Source: Phallusia mammillata
Taxonomy: Eukaryota
Assembly: GCA_965637545.1 (NCBI GenBank)
Contig: OZ281501.1
Location: 13,206,001-13,270,000, forward strand
Direction of reading: 5' to 3'
DNA: 64,000 nucleotides
The position numbers were made by a program, and so were the translations under genes. Every line of letters begins with the position of its first letter. The first letter of the stretch is position 1. Below are positions 11,062 to 23,800 of the stretch, piece after piece. The notes beneath the pieces are model-generated. The model was not told the DNA's origin, did no database searches, and saw only the letters and a program-made list of their open reading frames with translations.

Positions 11062-14000
11062 TCACTTGGTACCAGGCTTTCTGTTGAAATCTTTGAAGTC
11101 TAACGAACGAGTCCTAGCATGTTTTGCAAATTGCGCTTGTGTGATTTCGGCAGCAAATGCAAAAGGGTCGGTTGTTGTAGGTTTTACAACGTTGCCACTG
11201 GCAGTCCTTGCAATTGGAAAAGCTGTAGTGCCCGTTGGGGGATAGAGGATCTGTCCCAACCATTTGGTGACATCCACATTGGCAAATATGAATCGTTTTA
11301 CGAATTCGTCGGCAAGAAGTTCACGGTATTTAGGTCTGTTTCTGTAGTCTTTGGTACAGCTGTGAAAATATGGAAGTTGCATGCATTAAAGAATAGTATA
11401 GCCTATATAATCAAACAACAATTAAAAGGTAAAATTAGTTCCATTTTAAAAAAAATAAACACAGCCAGTGTCTAAAAGTTTTGCTTCATTTGACTTTAAA
11501 TTAAATGCGTTACTAAACGGATTTGTATATCCAACCACCGCATAGTTTCGCATTTTACATCACATCACATGACATAATCTAACCAGAGTCGATGTTATGG
11601 AAACCTACCAGGCAGTAACAAACTTCTGGAAGTGAATTGAAAAACCCTTGTCGGGCGGCAGAGAAGGTGGTTCCTGTTCTAATATCTTGGTCAGCATTTC
11701 GAAGTCGGTTTTACAGTCGCTGTAGGGAAATCGTCCGGTGGCAAGTTCTACCAGGGAAATCCCTAAACTCCAGACGTCGGCACGAATATCGTAGTTCGGG
11801 TGGTTGGGGTCAGGACTGATTCGTTCTGGCTGTTCAAATAAAAGAAAAGCAGTTTTAAACAGTTTTTTCACATCGAGCGGTATTTGAAAAAAACTCTTTG
11901 GTTGGGAACACTAAGTACGGATCTGAATAATAACTTTGTAACTTTTTGGCCACTCCATACTGCGAAGTGCGTTCGTTTTCGCAACGTTTCAATACATAAC
12001 TTTTGAATCTTTATATTTACGGTTTTGTTTTTGTTTACTGACGATAAGAAAAGTTGTATTTAAAAACTTTTTATGAAATGAAACCATGTCGCTCACCTGT
12101 TTTTAGATAATATTGGTGTTTTCGGATAAAAATTTACCTTATTCAGTAAAATGGCAAAGTAAGGAAACTTGACAAAATGACAACAAAACATGCGTCTACA
12201 ATTAAAGTTGGCCTAAAACCAAGTTCACAGGCTGAGTGTTTGCACAACAGTCTTGAGCAAGTTCGTTTTCGGTTCCTTTTGGCGTGGGCCCCTTGTTTTT
12301 CTCACGGAACCCACAAGTTAGGACAACAAAACTGAAATATAAGAAGTAAGCAGTACTAATGTCATTTTCGTACCGCCATGTATGCTGTGCAACCAGCGGC
12401 TCTTGTCTTTGCTTGCGAGTCTACAAGTCGCCCACTGATTCCGAAATCACACAGCTTGATGACGCCATTGTTACCCACGAGGATATTGGACGGTTTCACA
12501 TCGCGATGTATGACGTTGTGTTGTTCCTTTAGGTAATTAAGCGCTTGGACAACCTTCAAAGTACAGTACATTATTTGTTAAGCAAAAACCTTTAAATTTA
12601 GAAAACAAAGTGTTAACATTTAAGCCTATTTTTTCTAGTAACCAGAAAATTATAAAACGGTTAGTTGATACACTATACACTGATCTGTTCATAAGTTTAT
12701 TGAGGAAAATATTGGCCCAAATGGATGTAAAAAGCGGCATGCTTTATTATTCAAACGTTTCAGTAAATGCTCATGCCATCATTAGTGATATGAGGGGCCA
12801 TATACAACATGGCGCTTTTTCCGTCTATATGGACTGTTATTTTTCTCATCAAATTTTTATTGATTTTTCAATGACTACTTTTTAGGTGTTTTTCACACAT
12901 GTATAACAATTTAGTCACAAGTTTCATTTCATGTAAATCACTTACAGCAACAGTCAGTTTGCCCAAAATAACTTCGGGCATCGGTCCCTGAACTCGCTTT
13001 TTTAACTTTTCAAAGCAGGTTTCCATGAGCTCCATACAAATCCACACAGAACTCTATAAAACAGTCAATTACTCACGGTTTGTCAGGTTTGCATCAGGAC
13101 TAGTCAGTCATTTTACGGTTTTTAATGACACCTACTAAAGGTTTTACAAAAGTTTAAAGCCTGATTGTAAAGATTTTCATTGTAAATGATCTATAAGTTA
13201 AGGATGGATCACAGTTTTTGTTGCACTGTTATGTTTAAAAATAGTTTGTGTGATTAAAGTGAACAAATCAATGATGTGAAAATCACTGGGATTTGTCAAT
13301 TGTTACCTCTGTCACAAAGGTTCCGAAACAAGTCACTATTGTGGGGCAATCATGGCTCTTTTGCACAATATCCAGATCCATGAGAATTCGTTTCTGTTCA
13401 TCATTGTTTCCAGATCTGTTCATTTGCTGAGAAAAGTGCAAGATTAACTAGGTTATGGATAAATGACAGATAAGCATATATACATAATAGTTGTATATTT
13501 AAACCATACACTGATGGCAATCACAAGGAATTCAAAAAAACACAACACAAAATCTAATTTGATTTATTTTAAAAGTTCTAATATGTATGTATTTTTACTG
13601 TTCTGAAAGTTCTTCACAATGGGCATTTTTTTAAGGAATACAAATGACATATATAAACAAACATATAACGGAAAGGTAAATCAGTTTGTACCTTTACAGC
13701 CATGACATAAGAAATAGGTTTATATCTCATTTTGTACACTTGGCCACAGGTGCCACTTCCAATTTGCCCCAGATTATCAAACTCATGGACATGAGCCTGT
13801 AAAACTTTTCCACCTATCCTCAGTTTTCCAGTTTGTTGGTAAACTTCTTGTAGTCTTTGGTTAACTCTTTCACTACAAACAGACAAAAACAAAAAATAAA
13901 AACTATACATTAACAAAAACAATCAGTAATATTTGGTTGTTGTTACTCATTTATGATTTACTATACCTGGAAATGTTACAACCATCTTTAGCAAAATGTC

Positions 14001-14539
14001 AACAAAACATGTGGGTAACATGATATGTGGAGAACTGACATAAATAGCATGTGTATGATCATGTGTTATATAATTACAATATTTGAGGTATTGTCAATTC
14101 TTAGGCTATGTATAACCAATATAGGTATCAATTACCTTTCATGACTTTTCTCCGGCGGTGGAATAGAAAAAGAGATTTGTTTTTTTCTTGGCTGTGCCAT
14201 CTGCTGTGACATGGAGTTTAAAGTCGATGCAGGTGCAGACGATTGGAAATTTAATGACACTGTAAAATAGTATTTATATATTACTTGTTCAACCATAACT
14301 GAACACACAATGGACTATTCACAGCTAAAAAAATGACATTAGCTTTTTTCAAACACTTTTTTCGAAAATTTACTTTGAGGTCTTTGGGCTGGGACAGTTG
14401 GATGATTTGGTTGCGCACCAAAGTTAAGTCCCAGTTTGTTGGTAGGTCTTTTCTTGGATTGAAAGTTGCTTTCTAGCTTCTTTAGCCTCTCTTCAAGGTC
14501 ACTTAGGTTCACTGTACCTGAGGCAACATTTCCAGACAT
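11062..14539 (-). CDS. MAP2K7: Dual-specificity MAP kinase kinase 7; 8 exons 14539-14374, 14259-14136, 13872-13692, 13426-13307, 13053-12946, 12553-12374, 11829-11609, 11359-11062 (465 aa)
   Basis: [38 protein letters not shown] and [19 protein letters not shown]; N-terminal D-site [12 protein letters not shown]; all phases join in frame. Confidence 0.93.
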
Positions 14540-14969
14540 GTTTTGGCAATCTAAACAATTTAGTTGCCCTAATACTTAATTAAAAACATGAAACTGAAAT
14601 ACATCATGCAAAATCATTATACATATTTTTTACTGTTCTACTGACACAACAGCAAACATTAAAGCTTAAAACAAATAGCTTTTATACAAAACATAGTCTT
14701 TCTAACACAACTGAGAACTACAAGTGAAACAATGTTGGTAAAGAGCCTACATTTATCTGAGAAAAATGTTGTATAATAATCTCATGCATGGACTATATTT
14801 AGGATTCACATGTTTATCCTCCCACACTATTACAGTCATACACCTCGAGTAATACCATGTGATTTTTGCAACACGATTGCAGTCTTTAATGTCCGTCATT
14901 TGATGTTATACTGGTGCAATTATTGTTACTCAGTCCTGATAAGTCAGCACACCTTTTATATCGCATTCT

Positions 14970-15100
14970 CAAGTCAAGTCAAGTCAAGTCAAATTTTATT
15001 TGCATAGTCACTTCATCATTACAGTTCCATTGTTGAACGGATACGTAAACAGCAAGGACACCGAAAAAACCGTAGGTTATCGAGTCAAGTGTCCTGTTAT
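14970..15100 (-). repeat. Probable 3' tail of a LINE/SINE: AATAAA followed by (TTGAC)4
   Basis: The minus strand reads AAATAAAATTTGACTTGACTTGACTTGACTTG. Upstream extent uncertain. Confidence 0.4.
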
Positions 15101-17896
15101 TTGAATTGTGGTTGAATTCCGTGTAAAAGTGTGTAAAAAAGGGAACTCAAAAATAACAGGAGATAAAGATACAATTCATCTGCATAGACATAGTTGCTGC
15201 ACATAATCTGTAAGTTATATTAGTTAAAATAAACAATATTGAAAGAAACTTCACATGTTAGATAAAACTTGCAAACCAACATTTTGCTTTAAAGTAGCGT
15301 TTCAAAATGTTTACACAAAAGTGACGTCACTCTAACTTTAATAACTGCCGCATCAACTCTTTCCACGATACTGCTACTCTAAATTTTTGTGAACAAAGAA
15401 TGACCATCGTAAATGCGTTTTTGCATTGCCAACGCCCTACAGCAAGATCGATTTTTATCTCTGATTGCCTCCAGAATAGAACAGACTACAACACAAATCA
15501 CAAAGGGAGCTACGCTGAAACCTAAAAGCAAGTAACCACGCTGGCAGGAGTTTGACGTTTTTACGCAAGTAGGTTTGACGGCAAATGCAGCAACGTCAGG
15601 CTTGTAAATCTATAAATGGCAAAATCATTTTTTTATTATTTTTTCTCTGCAATCTTGGTAAAAGTATTTGAAAAACACACACAATTACTTTCAAGTAAAA
15701 TATATCATTGTTGCGACATTTACCTACCGGAATAGGATGTTTGACAAAAACGGAACAGGGACAGAAATTTTTTTTGCTTCTGCGTTGCGGTGACACCGAA
15801 AAACATGCCTGCCATTAAAGTTAAAACAATGAAAAAACATGCCTGCCATTAAAGTTAAAACAATATCCTGCTTGTTTCACTGAAACAATTTAACAATGAA
15901 TCGTATTTTCTTAAATTGTTTGATTTTGTATTAAATACAAACACAATGCTCTGCTTTTGAGCTGCATGGTTAAATTGTTTCAGTTCAACATGGCAATGTA
16001 GATGCAGCGCGTTCGACTTTTTAGCAAGTCCTATGTCATCCACTGTTACATCGCCATCGTACATATTATTATGTTTTCTATGTTTCCCGCCAGTAGGCTT
16101 AACTCACTTGTATGGCGCAATGTTGTGCAACCTGGTGACATTGTCTGTCACACATTTGGTGCTTATGATGTCACAACCTTGGCATTGTTTTACTGAAGTC
16201 CTAACTTGTAAGCGTGACTGCCTCGTGTTTATTAGCGACTGGATGTTATAGAGGCAGCATGCTTTATCTAATTGACCGGTTATGTTTGTTTCTTTGTTAA
16301 CGAATAGGAAATTTGTGCTAACTGAACTGTTGCCGGTCGTCCAATGTGTAATTTGTGCATTTCTGGCCCACGGATCCCACCGTCGTCAGCCAACTTGCTG
16401 TTTGCTGTAAATAACTGCATTTTTCCGGTAAGCCTTGTTGCTTAAAGTCTCGCAGTTCGTTACTAATGTGTTTTGGTGATGTTTATTGAATTTGATGCTG
16501 TATTTGCAGAACCTAAAATCTCTTGATCGCTTTGAATGTTACTGTGACTCTGGTCCTATAATAGTTCGGTAAGAGTCAACTGTACTGATAATTTCTCGTC
16601 TGTTTCCTTAACTAAATTAGTGCATATTTGCAGAAACCGCATTTGCCTTTGTGCTCGTCTTGCTGCTGAACCCTTGAGCGCCATCTCTGTCCTGAATTGC
16701 CTTAATAAAAGAGTTCGTTATTTTGGCTCTTGGTGCTTTGGAGTTGTTGAGCGCGAGGAAAGGCGCGTTGAGAACCGTTATAGGAATTTAAGCGATCACC
16801 CCTGCTGTGCTGTCTGGGCGCATAGAGTCACGCCCTCTACTAATAAAAAACATCCACCTTATACTAACCTTGCACAATTACTCCCGGCTTTGTAACTGTT
16901 TTAGGGCTATACTGTCACATATATATATATATTTTTTGGAAGAACTAAACTCAACTAAATATCCGCCAGGTGGCGGACTTGCTAAACAAATTTGACACAA
17001 GGCACATATATACAGAAAAGGCAGAATAATAAACCCGAACTTTTAACATTATTTACATCCTTTTTTAACGCATACAAGAGCACAATTTGTTCACTATAAG
17101 GTATTTACAAAACACAGTAAAACGAATTCTACGCAGTAATGCGCTGAAGAACACTTCATAGGTGGCAAGTGGGGTGAGTCAAATTCGGATGTAGGGTAAC
17201 CTTCACAGCGGAGTAAAACATCAATGATTGGAAAATGCAAAATCACAAAAACAAACATTTAATGTGTAAAAGTAACGGAAAATTCACAGGGACAGCAAGG
17301 TAAAGTGATTGTGTCAAAGCAGTGTATGTCGGAGATATACAAAAGACAGTTTGGAACAAAGCGCATTTTACACACATCTACAAAAACACTAAAAAGTCAG
17401 AAAGTGTAAATTTAAGAGGTAAAGGTTGGAACCTGCAAGAGTACGAAGAGCGACACTTCCGCAAACGTTAACATGATTGTGTAATTTGTAAAAGGTAAAA
17501 CTTTCAAAGTAACGTTATTGTACAATTTTGCAGCTGTATTTTTTTCAACAAAAAATAGCGCATTTTTTAACCAACTGGGATTGCAACAAATTAACTTGAT
17601 ATATATTGTCTAAGTTACGTTAGAAACACGAGTCTTACAAAAGTCTATTGAAGAAAAAGAATCAACCAAATACAGAAATCGGATTGCACGTTTGTAAATA
17701 CCATTTCTCCAGTTTAGCTGTCATGTTCTGTCATTTTTGAATTGTGTCATATACTAAACAGACCCAAACCGAGCAACAAATAGCGGAGAGCAGGCACCAA
17801 ATAAAACCCGAACGATTTTAACCAACCTACTGTAACATATTTACAAACAGGTACAGCTTAAAATAATAACACAATTCCAGCAAGACCCAACCTGAC

Positions 17897-20800
17897 TTAG
17901 TCGTATGGCCCACTAACACTAAGTTCTATGGAATCCCTTCCACGTTGTTTGAATGCAGTTGCAATAGAACGAATAGCGTCCTCGTGGCTTTTTCCTTTCA
18001 GTGATAAACCGTTGACCGCGTGCAAAATATGACCCACCCTCAGACGGGCACACAGGTAGGCACAGCTGCCCGGCTGTAAGTAACAAAATTGGCATTTAAA
18101 ACCAGTCTTTGGTACACAATGCTAACATTGGTTTAACTTTAAACCCCTAACACTGATTTTTGCGTCCGTTTTTGGACATAAGTCTTTTTGACAGGAATGT
18201 GGTGTTTGTTATAACTCTCGTTTGATAAAAATGTGCACGTTAGTTTCTTTCCAACTCAAGTCGTAACAGTGCAACAACGATTACAGCGTTTCTGTGAATA
18301 ATGTCAAGCAATAGACAGATCTGTTTTATCATAAATCGTTAACATATTGTTTTGGCAAAATACATTTGTGCAGATTGAACAACGTATAAACTATCTTACA
18401 ATGACATGTAACGTAATAAACTGGTGCAACTGCAGATTATGGACGCCTACTCCCAAAACGGTTCTCAACCAATGAAAAATGTATCTATCAATCACCAATT
18501 AAACTTTGTATATACGTCTACCTCTATGTAACATCTAATTTATGGATCCGATAAGAATAGAACTATTTTTAAAATTTCCTTCACACAATTACAAAACCTG
18601 AAAGCACTAAGTCATTTTGCCTAATAAATTTATACCTGGATTTTAAGGACACGTGGCAAAGGTTGTTTGGTTCCCGCCCCACCTTCAAGTGTTAATCCAA
18701 GCGTACGCGTTGTTCGAAAAATTACCACTTTTTGCAAATCGACATCCTTGCGAAAATACGGGTGCTGAACCGAGTCCGTCTCTTCTGATGACGCGCTATC
18801 GTAAGGGAAATCCCCATTATTCTGAAAACAAAACAGAGCGATTAACAAAACAGGACAGTGATAAAAACATAACTTCAACAACTTACAAACAGCTTGTGTT
18901 AAAAAAATCTCCGTAAAAGGGATATTTTTGTTGCAACATGTAGTTATCTGAACATTTTCATCGTATGTTTTAAACTATAATTCAGTTTTTAAACCGTGCA
19001 GCACAAACCTTAAGTTTTACACTAAAAGCATTTTCCTATTACCCGAATAGACAAATGCAAACATATAAATATCTTCTAGTTTCTCTGCGACACAAAATGT
19101 TATGAATTCAGCAGTACCTGACGGCTGAAGGATGTCATTCGAACTTCCCGTTGTTTCGTGTAGTCGTTTGAACGGACATGGCTGTGGAAAAGGTTGGTAA
19201 AAGATTTTTTTGAATCATGACAGAGAAAAATGTTTAACGGTTCGTGTGTCCTGTCTCTAACAATTCAAGTTTTCCATATCTCTAGTTCTGTCAATTTCAA
19301 AAATAAATGATTTTTTATGCGTTAAATTCAAATAAATGTACCTAAAACTAGAGTTAAGAAATGTTTAATTTCCATTCAGGACATACAAAGTACAGTGATT
19401 TGTGTTAATCACACAAACAGCACGTATTGATTATCTTAAGATCCAATTACTAGTGAGTAACTAAATTGTCGTTGTTAGATTTGGACCGAAACGGAACTTT
19501 CAAAAAACTAAAGCACGTATATGTGCATGATATTGAACATTGTAACATTATTTAACAAGTAACTCACTTGGGTGGGTGGTGAACGTCGGCTTTCACGGGA
19601 TACTCGTGACGGGTGGCCATGTTTGACGTCACTCGAGAGTTCACGGATGAACCAAAAGACGAAGACCTGAGACTGAACGAGGTTGTAGTCTGCGGGTTTT
19701 TGGTGGAAGACGACGCTGTGTCGTTGATCGATGTAGTCGATGAATTAAAAGATGGCGGCGGCGGAAAGTCGCTCTCGTTCAGCGATGAGTTGTCAGATGG
19801 GACTTCGTCGTTCGATTTGATTGGCAAAGGAACCGGCTTCTTTGGATTGCTGCGTAAACGCAAACTCGGATTTTTGACAGGTTGTATTAGACCTTTGCGA
19901 AGCGGAAATGAGTTCGCGTTTTTGTCGAAGCGCAAATCGTTTGGAACTTCAAAAAACTCCTTGCTCGGTATGACATGATGCGACGATACCGTTTTTTGTC
20001 CAATTTTGATGCGACCAGAATGACTGGACTTGTGATTCTTTAAGGCTAAACTAAATGGACTTGTCGAACGGTCGTGGCTGGTATCATTGTGGTTTTCAAT
20101 TTGTTTACACTTTTCGTTGTCATGATAAGAGCCTTGCGAGTTACTTTCAACTGAACTGGTGCTGTTTTGGTCACTGCGCCGTATATTGGATCTCCTGGGC
20201 TTTGCTGGGGGCGTCTTTACCGGTGGTGGGGGCGGATTAGAAGAGGGGCGCACTGGTGATAATTTGGGGGTTCGTTTCGAGGTCTTTGGGGTGTCCCTTT
20301 CAACTGGGGTAAACGAATCATTCGGTGTCGAGTGACCAGCAGGCTCCATTGCTGATGTGTCACTTGGGTTGTTTGAGGGGTTACTGAGTTGGTCAGGTGA
20401 TGTGGTTTCATGGTGATTTGACTTCGGGTTTGTTTTTTCGGTTTGGTGTCGACTTTTTAATACTTCGATTTCACGTCGAAGGACAAGGACGTCGAAACGA
20501 TCTAGATCCCGTTCGTTGATGCATTCCCGAACGGCTGACATAAGTGAAAACTGAAAAACACAAAATAATGCAGAAATCCGCGATGAGGACACAATGATAA
20601 GTAAGAGCGAATTCTAACATGTCATTTTTGCAACGAACCTGAAGTTGTTTTTAATGAGACAACAAAAATGTTCTGGAAAAAAACTAATTTTAAACTATGG
20701 GTTTTAACGATTTCCATTTTCATTTCACCACTACACGTAGATATAGATTCTAAACGTCTTACTACAACACACTAATGTTTTACGGGTCAGCTATAAACGA

Positions 20801-23800
20801 TCAATTTTAAATTCTTGTTTTTTTTCCTAATGAATTCCTCTTCTTAAAACAAATGTTGCACTAGGCTAGTAACACTTCTTTCAAATGAACTCACTGTTGA
20901 TACGAAATATATGTTCCCAAAATGCCAATTTTATAGTGAATACAACAAACCCAATCGAGTCATAATTACCTTTTCGTGGTCATTGAGTAGCTCGGACAAA
21001 GAAAGAACTAACGCATCAGGGGTGACGTGTCCGGCTGCGTATTCCTTGACGTAATATCGTACGGATCGTCTTTCCTGGTCGCCGAGCGTCATCCACAATG
21101 AAGAAGCAAGAAGGGCGTCCTCTAACGTGGACATTGTGCTCGAAATATTTGCCATTCCTTTGGATGGTAGAGATTTGACATGCATGTTCGGTAGAATCAA
21201 CTGCTTTGGACTCATGACGCGACGTTGGAATGCGTTCTGGTGATTAACAATCATGTTAAACACAAAGCAATAGAAGAGTGTTTAGGATAAGAGTAAGATA
21301 GACATTAGGTTATAAAGTTTATGTCCTATATCAGTGGTTTCGCTACAGTGCGACGCGGACGTCTGGTTCGCCGTTTTATGGTTTCAAGATAACCGCGGTA
21401 TCATTCACAGTAAAACACTTTTTACCATATTTGGTTACCATTTTTGGCAATTTTTTTTAAGCTTGTTTTTTGCAAGCAGAATCATGGGTTTCATGGGTTC
21501 ATGGGTTCCCAGACATGCAAAGTAGTTACATATGCACTTTACAAACATAGGAAGTAGAAGTTTGAATTTCATTTAAATCAGACATTATTTAAAAATTTTA
21601 GTCATTAAGAAGGTCAAATACACATGAACCAAAAGTTACAAAAATTAGACTGTTTTGCTTTTGTTTACTTATTTTTTCTGAAGACTCATGGTGCATCGCA
21701 AATGAAGTCATTTTTTGCAATGCATTGCATACAAAAAAGATTGGAAACCAATTTTATACACCAAAGTATTTTATTTTAATAATGAGTAATTAGATTTCCA
21801 AAACTACAACTTTAAAAACTTCAAAAGTGAAGGATCTTAATGAAGAAGTTCATTACTTATTCACAATAAGCTGCAAAATTAAATTTGTTTTCTTTTGATC
21901 CTTGTGACTGACAGAAACCCAATGTGGTGAAAGAATAATTTTTCACAATGTGGACTAAATAAAGTAATTCAATAAATATGATTTACTTTATGCTGTTGTT
22001 GTTTTTACACACAAGAGTGTAGTAAATAGCCAAAACACCTCTATTATTTATTTATGTTTTCATATCACACAGGATCTAACAAGAGTTTTTTTTTGTCTCA
22101 AAGTGCTAAAAAGGGAAACAATGAAGCACTAAAGGTCATTGGTTATACCTTGACACCGTTTTGTTGGTCCTGAGGTTTGCTGCTTAACTGAACCTTGCGT
22201 GTTGCATTACTGTGTAAAGAGATGCGGTCATCAACAAGTCGTGGCTGGGACTGCACAAGACAAGCCTAAAATTCCAAATGAATCAATTACAATAGAGAAG
22301 TACGGTTTAACAAAATAAAGATTTTAGAAATGGTTACAATATCAATACAACCAGGCTACATGCAATTTAATTAATATTCCCTTGGCTTAATAATTATCAT
22401 GTTTTCTGTGCATTTTAAATGATGAATATGCTCATATCAAATCAATACAGAAGCTAGTATTTTGAACTAAGCAAAAGTATTGAAGAAAATAATATTTGTT
22501 TGAAAAAAAGCTGCAAAACCACTCTTTCTAATGATATGTACAATACTGTCAACTTAGTTTATTTTCCCTTTACCTGTGGAATCCTCCCAACATGTCGAAC
22601 AGTAATAATAAGCATTTCACTTGATCGAATTAGATTCACCGCCTCTGCATGAGTTGCACCATTCAAACAAACATTGTTTACCTCCAAAATCTCATCCCCT
22701 GCCTTCATTGGTCAACCAAACATAGGTTTGTTTTATTGCAATTGTAATATAAATTCAAATTGTAATTCAAGTAACATTATTATATTCTTCTGTCATTTTA
22801 CCTTTAAACCAGAGTTTTCTGCAGCAGATTGATTGTCAACTCCAGTCACATAAATTCCAAGTCCATACTCAGAACCACCTCGAATCATAAGTCCAAGACT
22901 TTGATCAGGTTGTACAGTTAATGTCACCTAAAACAAGTACGGTAAAATGCTTGTCATCTTTATGTCTAAAACATTACAAATACAATGAGGTTGTTTACTC
23001 TTTCCTGAAGTTGTACTTTGCATTATACAGTAATTCATCGAAGGCACTCCAAAACATGGTATCAGTTTGGGTATAAAAAGTTCGCAGTTCAATCACAAGT
23101 TTAAATGTGTGTTACCTTTCTTTCTCCTGATGACAAAAGATGCAGGTTGCTTTTTCGGCTATCAATTACTGGGGTTCGATGGTTGGGGTTGGAAAGGAGG
23201 TCCCGAGGGGGTGAAACTGGCCGACCTCTTGTATCTTTCCATGAAAATCCTTTATCTTGTGATAAAGCATTCCTCATTCCCACAGGCTTGAAATATATCG
23301 TCAGGCGATCAGATGATTTTAGCATCTGGAGCAATCATAAAAACACTTTTAATTAACTTTATCTGCAAAGGCAATTTAAAAGAGAGTCTTATTAGAACAG
23401 GGGTCACCAAACTACGGCCCGGGAGGTCATTTCAACCGGCCCGCGGCCACATTTTTTGGTTTGCCAAATCATATTGATAACTTTGTAACATTCAAAAATT
23501 AATCTACTCCTCACGAAAGTTTCCCTGTTGCGATATGTACAATAAATATTACCTAGCTTCACAGGATTACAACGCCCAGGATTGATCCAAAGCCAGTTTG
23601 TTACGTCACAGACAAGACTACAAGTGTCGAACTGTCCGCAAACAATTGCCTTTTTTGTTACTTGTGACGTAATATACAAGTATTGCTTTTAAGAGATGAC
23701 CTATACAATTTAACAGTCACCTCACCAAATTTTAAATGGGATTGTAGAAAGACCATATCTTGGCGCACCTAGAAAAATAGCCCTGCGGGCTAAGTTTGGA

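Noticed and set aside
15798-15864. 33-34 bp direct duplication
   Set aside because: Simple local slippage duplication with no further structure.
17140-17185. CTGAAGA followed by a small stem, hammerhead-like
   Set aside because: No GAAA, stem III or stem I, and no paralog in the window.
19613-19978. 121-aa plus-strand ORF
   Set aside because: Antisense shadow of the large whirlin exon.
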